NCBI GenBank assembly: GCA_965153285.1
Contig: OZ229119.1
Source of the DNA: Podarcis tiliguerta
Taxonomy: Eukaryota
Strand: one strand, 5' to 3'
Length of the DNA stretch: 64,000 nt
Every line of letters starts with the position of its first letter. Positions within the stretch are counted from its first letter, which is position 1. The position numbers were made by a program, and so were the translations under genes. The notes beneath the pieces are model-generated. The model searched no databases, was not told where the DNA came from, and was given only the letters and a program-made list of their open reading frames with translations. This document shows, one piece after another, positions 62,081 through 64,000 of this stretch.

Positions 62081-64000
62081 TGATATTTTGATGGCAAGCG
62101 GAATTGCTGCATTGGCCATACATGATACATATGCTTATGTAGTGGGCTGCTTCTTTTGTCATTACATGCACAATGGATTTCTTTAAACATTCATTCACCT
62201 GCTGGAACTAATTTAGAATTTGGTTCCTTTGAGTGCCAAACTCCCACTCAATTCAAATACTTCGTTCTGTGTTCTCTTAATCCTTAACATCTCTCTCTCT
62301 CTCTCTCTTTTGGCTGGGGGGATGGGGGTGGGGGAGAGAAGAGAATACGAACAGAAAAGCCCAAGTACTTTTCACTCCTACTTTCATTACCACTAAGGAA
62401 TGCAAACCAAATGGTAAGGGTTTTGAGGGCTTCTGTATTTATCCACAAGACTTTGCAAGTGTGCTCTTGTCTGAGAGTGCTTGTGGTACAGGGCACAACG
62501 ATTGCTGGAGGAGGGAATGAGGACAGAGGAGATCTGGCCATCAAAGAGCCCCCATTCAAAACTCCTACTGCCTTTCAAGGCCTCCATTCAAGGCCCTTAG
62601 TGGTTAATGGCTTAGGCACAGACACTCTGCCCCCAAGATGTGGCTTTGACCCTGTTGGCCACTGACGTCCGTGTTCATACACTCTCCTGGTTCAATTTCC
62701 TGAGGTTTCTGATTTCCTGAGTGAGGGAAGGCAATGTTTAGAAAAGAGGTGCCAGACTGGAGGAGGATGCATAGGGAGAGGGAGGGCTTTGGGAGGGAGG
62801 GGTCATTTATCACAGATAAAAAGGTCCCCTTCTTTGCCAGTGAAGACTGCAGGGACATTGGGAGAAGAGGACCTTCAGGCAAGTCCTGTCTACAGAAGGA
62901 AGTGTAGCACATTACAGTGAGTATGCAGGACCTTACTAATGTCTGTAGGGGGTGCCTTGCACATGCAAAATTATAAGAAGTAAATGGCAGAGATCTGAGG
63001 GTGCTAATGTGTATGGATTACCTGCTTTGGGTTGTAGGATTTTAAAATGGGCTGATATGGGCTTTTGCTGATTGGGAAACTCAAGATCAGTCTCAATGAT
63101 ACTTGCTTATAATTAAAAAGACTTAGGACAGGCACATGAGCAATAATACTCTTCTTCCCCTTTGAAAGAGGCTCCAGATCAGGCTGTGTAAAAATACTGG
63201 TGGCTGTTCCATTTCTCTAAATGATTTCCCCCTGTCATTGACAATGAAGGAACAAGCTGCTTGTATGCAGCCAGGTAATTTTGGTGAAAATGGTTGACAT
63301 TACTTTCCATGAATTCTGGCTCAGAACTGAAAGCAGCAATGTTTCTGGCAAAGAACTTCCTGAACGTATTGATTATAAACAAGTAAAATTCTTCCAGGTG
63401 TTGTCATGATGACACCCAGAAAAATATCAGTGTTTCTCTGAGTTGCCAGCCATAGGTCATTGACATGCTGATGAAAATCTGGATGGATCAAAATCAGGCC
63501 TTTCACTGAAACTTTATTATGTTAACAAAATCCTTACCAAGCTCTTAGTTGCCCTCGGAAAATGTTAGGCATTTTGTGGGTAAGATGTTTATAGTATCAA
63601 CATGGTGTTTAAAAAACCCATCCACGCTTCGGTAATGTTGGCAATTAATGTGGTGACAGAGGTAACAAATCAAAAGAGACCAAGGAGGAAAAAGTTAGCC
63701 AGAGAAACGGTGGCGGTCTTTCTCCCAGCATGCTCTTGGAGAAAGGCCGAAGACGAGAGTGGCTGTTAAGAAAGTGAATTGGGCCCTGCTTTTTGTGACA
63801 ATGCATCACTGTTAGAAGTCTCTTTACAGCTTGTCCCCTCCTCACCTGAAGCCTTTCTCCCAAGCTTTTTCTTCTTCTCTTCTTTCTCCCTCCCTTTGCC
63901 TCAGCCATCTTTTCTTGGCAGCACTGAGGCCTGCAGACGCCAGAGTGGCCGTGATATGCAGTTGCCTCATAAAATCCACATTCTGTAAATCTGAATTTTG

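Overview
Eukaryotic (vertebrate) genomic DNA. The repeat content (Sauria-type SINEs, CAGTGGTACC-ended TA-target MITEs, CR1/L2 tails) points to a squamate, most likely a lacertid lizard (inference). The left 36 kb hold two intact + strand genes rebuilt from splice sites and reading frame: ARHGDIB (5 coding exons, 200 aa) and ERP27 (7 coding exons, 273 aa, KEEL end). The dominant feature of the rest is a complete, apparently very young ~7.6 kb tyrosine-recombinase retrotransposon of Ngaro/split-direct-repeat type on the - strand (52742-60339). Its layout is A1 - leader - Gag - RT/RNaseH - YR - SGNH hydrolase - B1 - A2 - spacer - B2, with identical A repeats, nearly identical B repeats, no TSD and a (G/T)TT junction core. 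Its promoter repeat carries tandem NF-kB sites, CCAAT, GC and TATA boxes and a TOP-like start; the leader has a YY1-like array. The YR and hydrolase ORFs lack a proper ATG and sit behind splice acceptors, suggesting spliced Gag fusions. Ngaro elements with a hydrolase ORF are known at family level, so what may be new is the regulatory and expression architecture and the intact lizard copy. Lizard ERp27 appears to lack the ERp57-binding DEWD motif.
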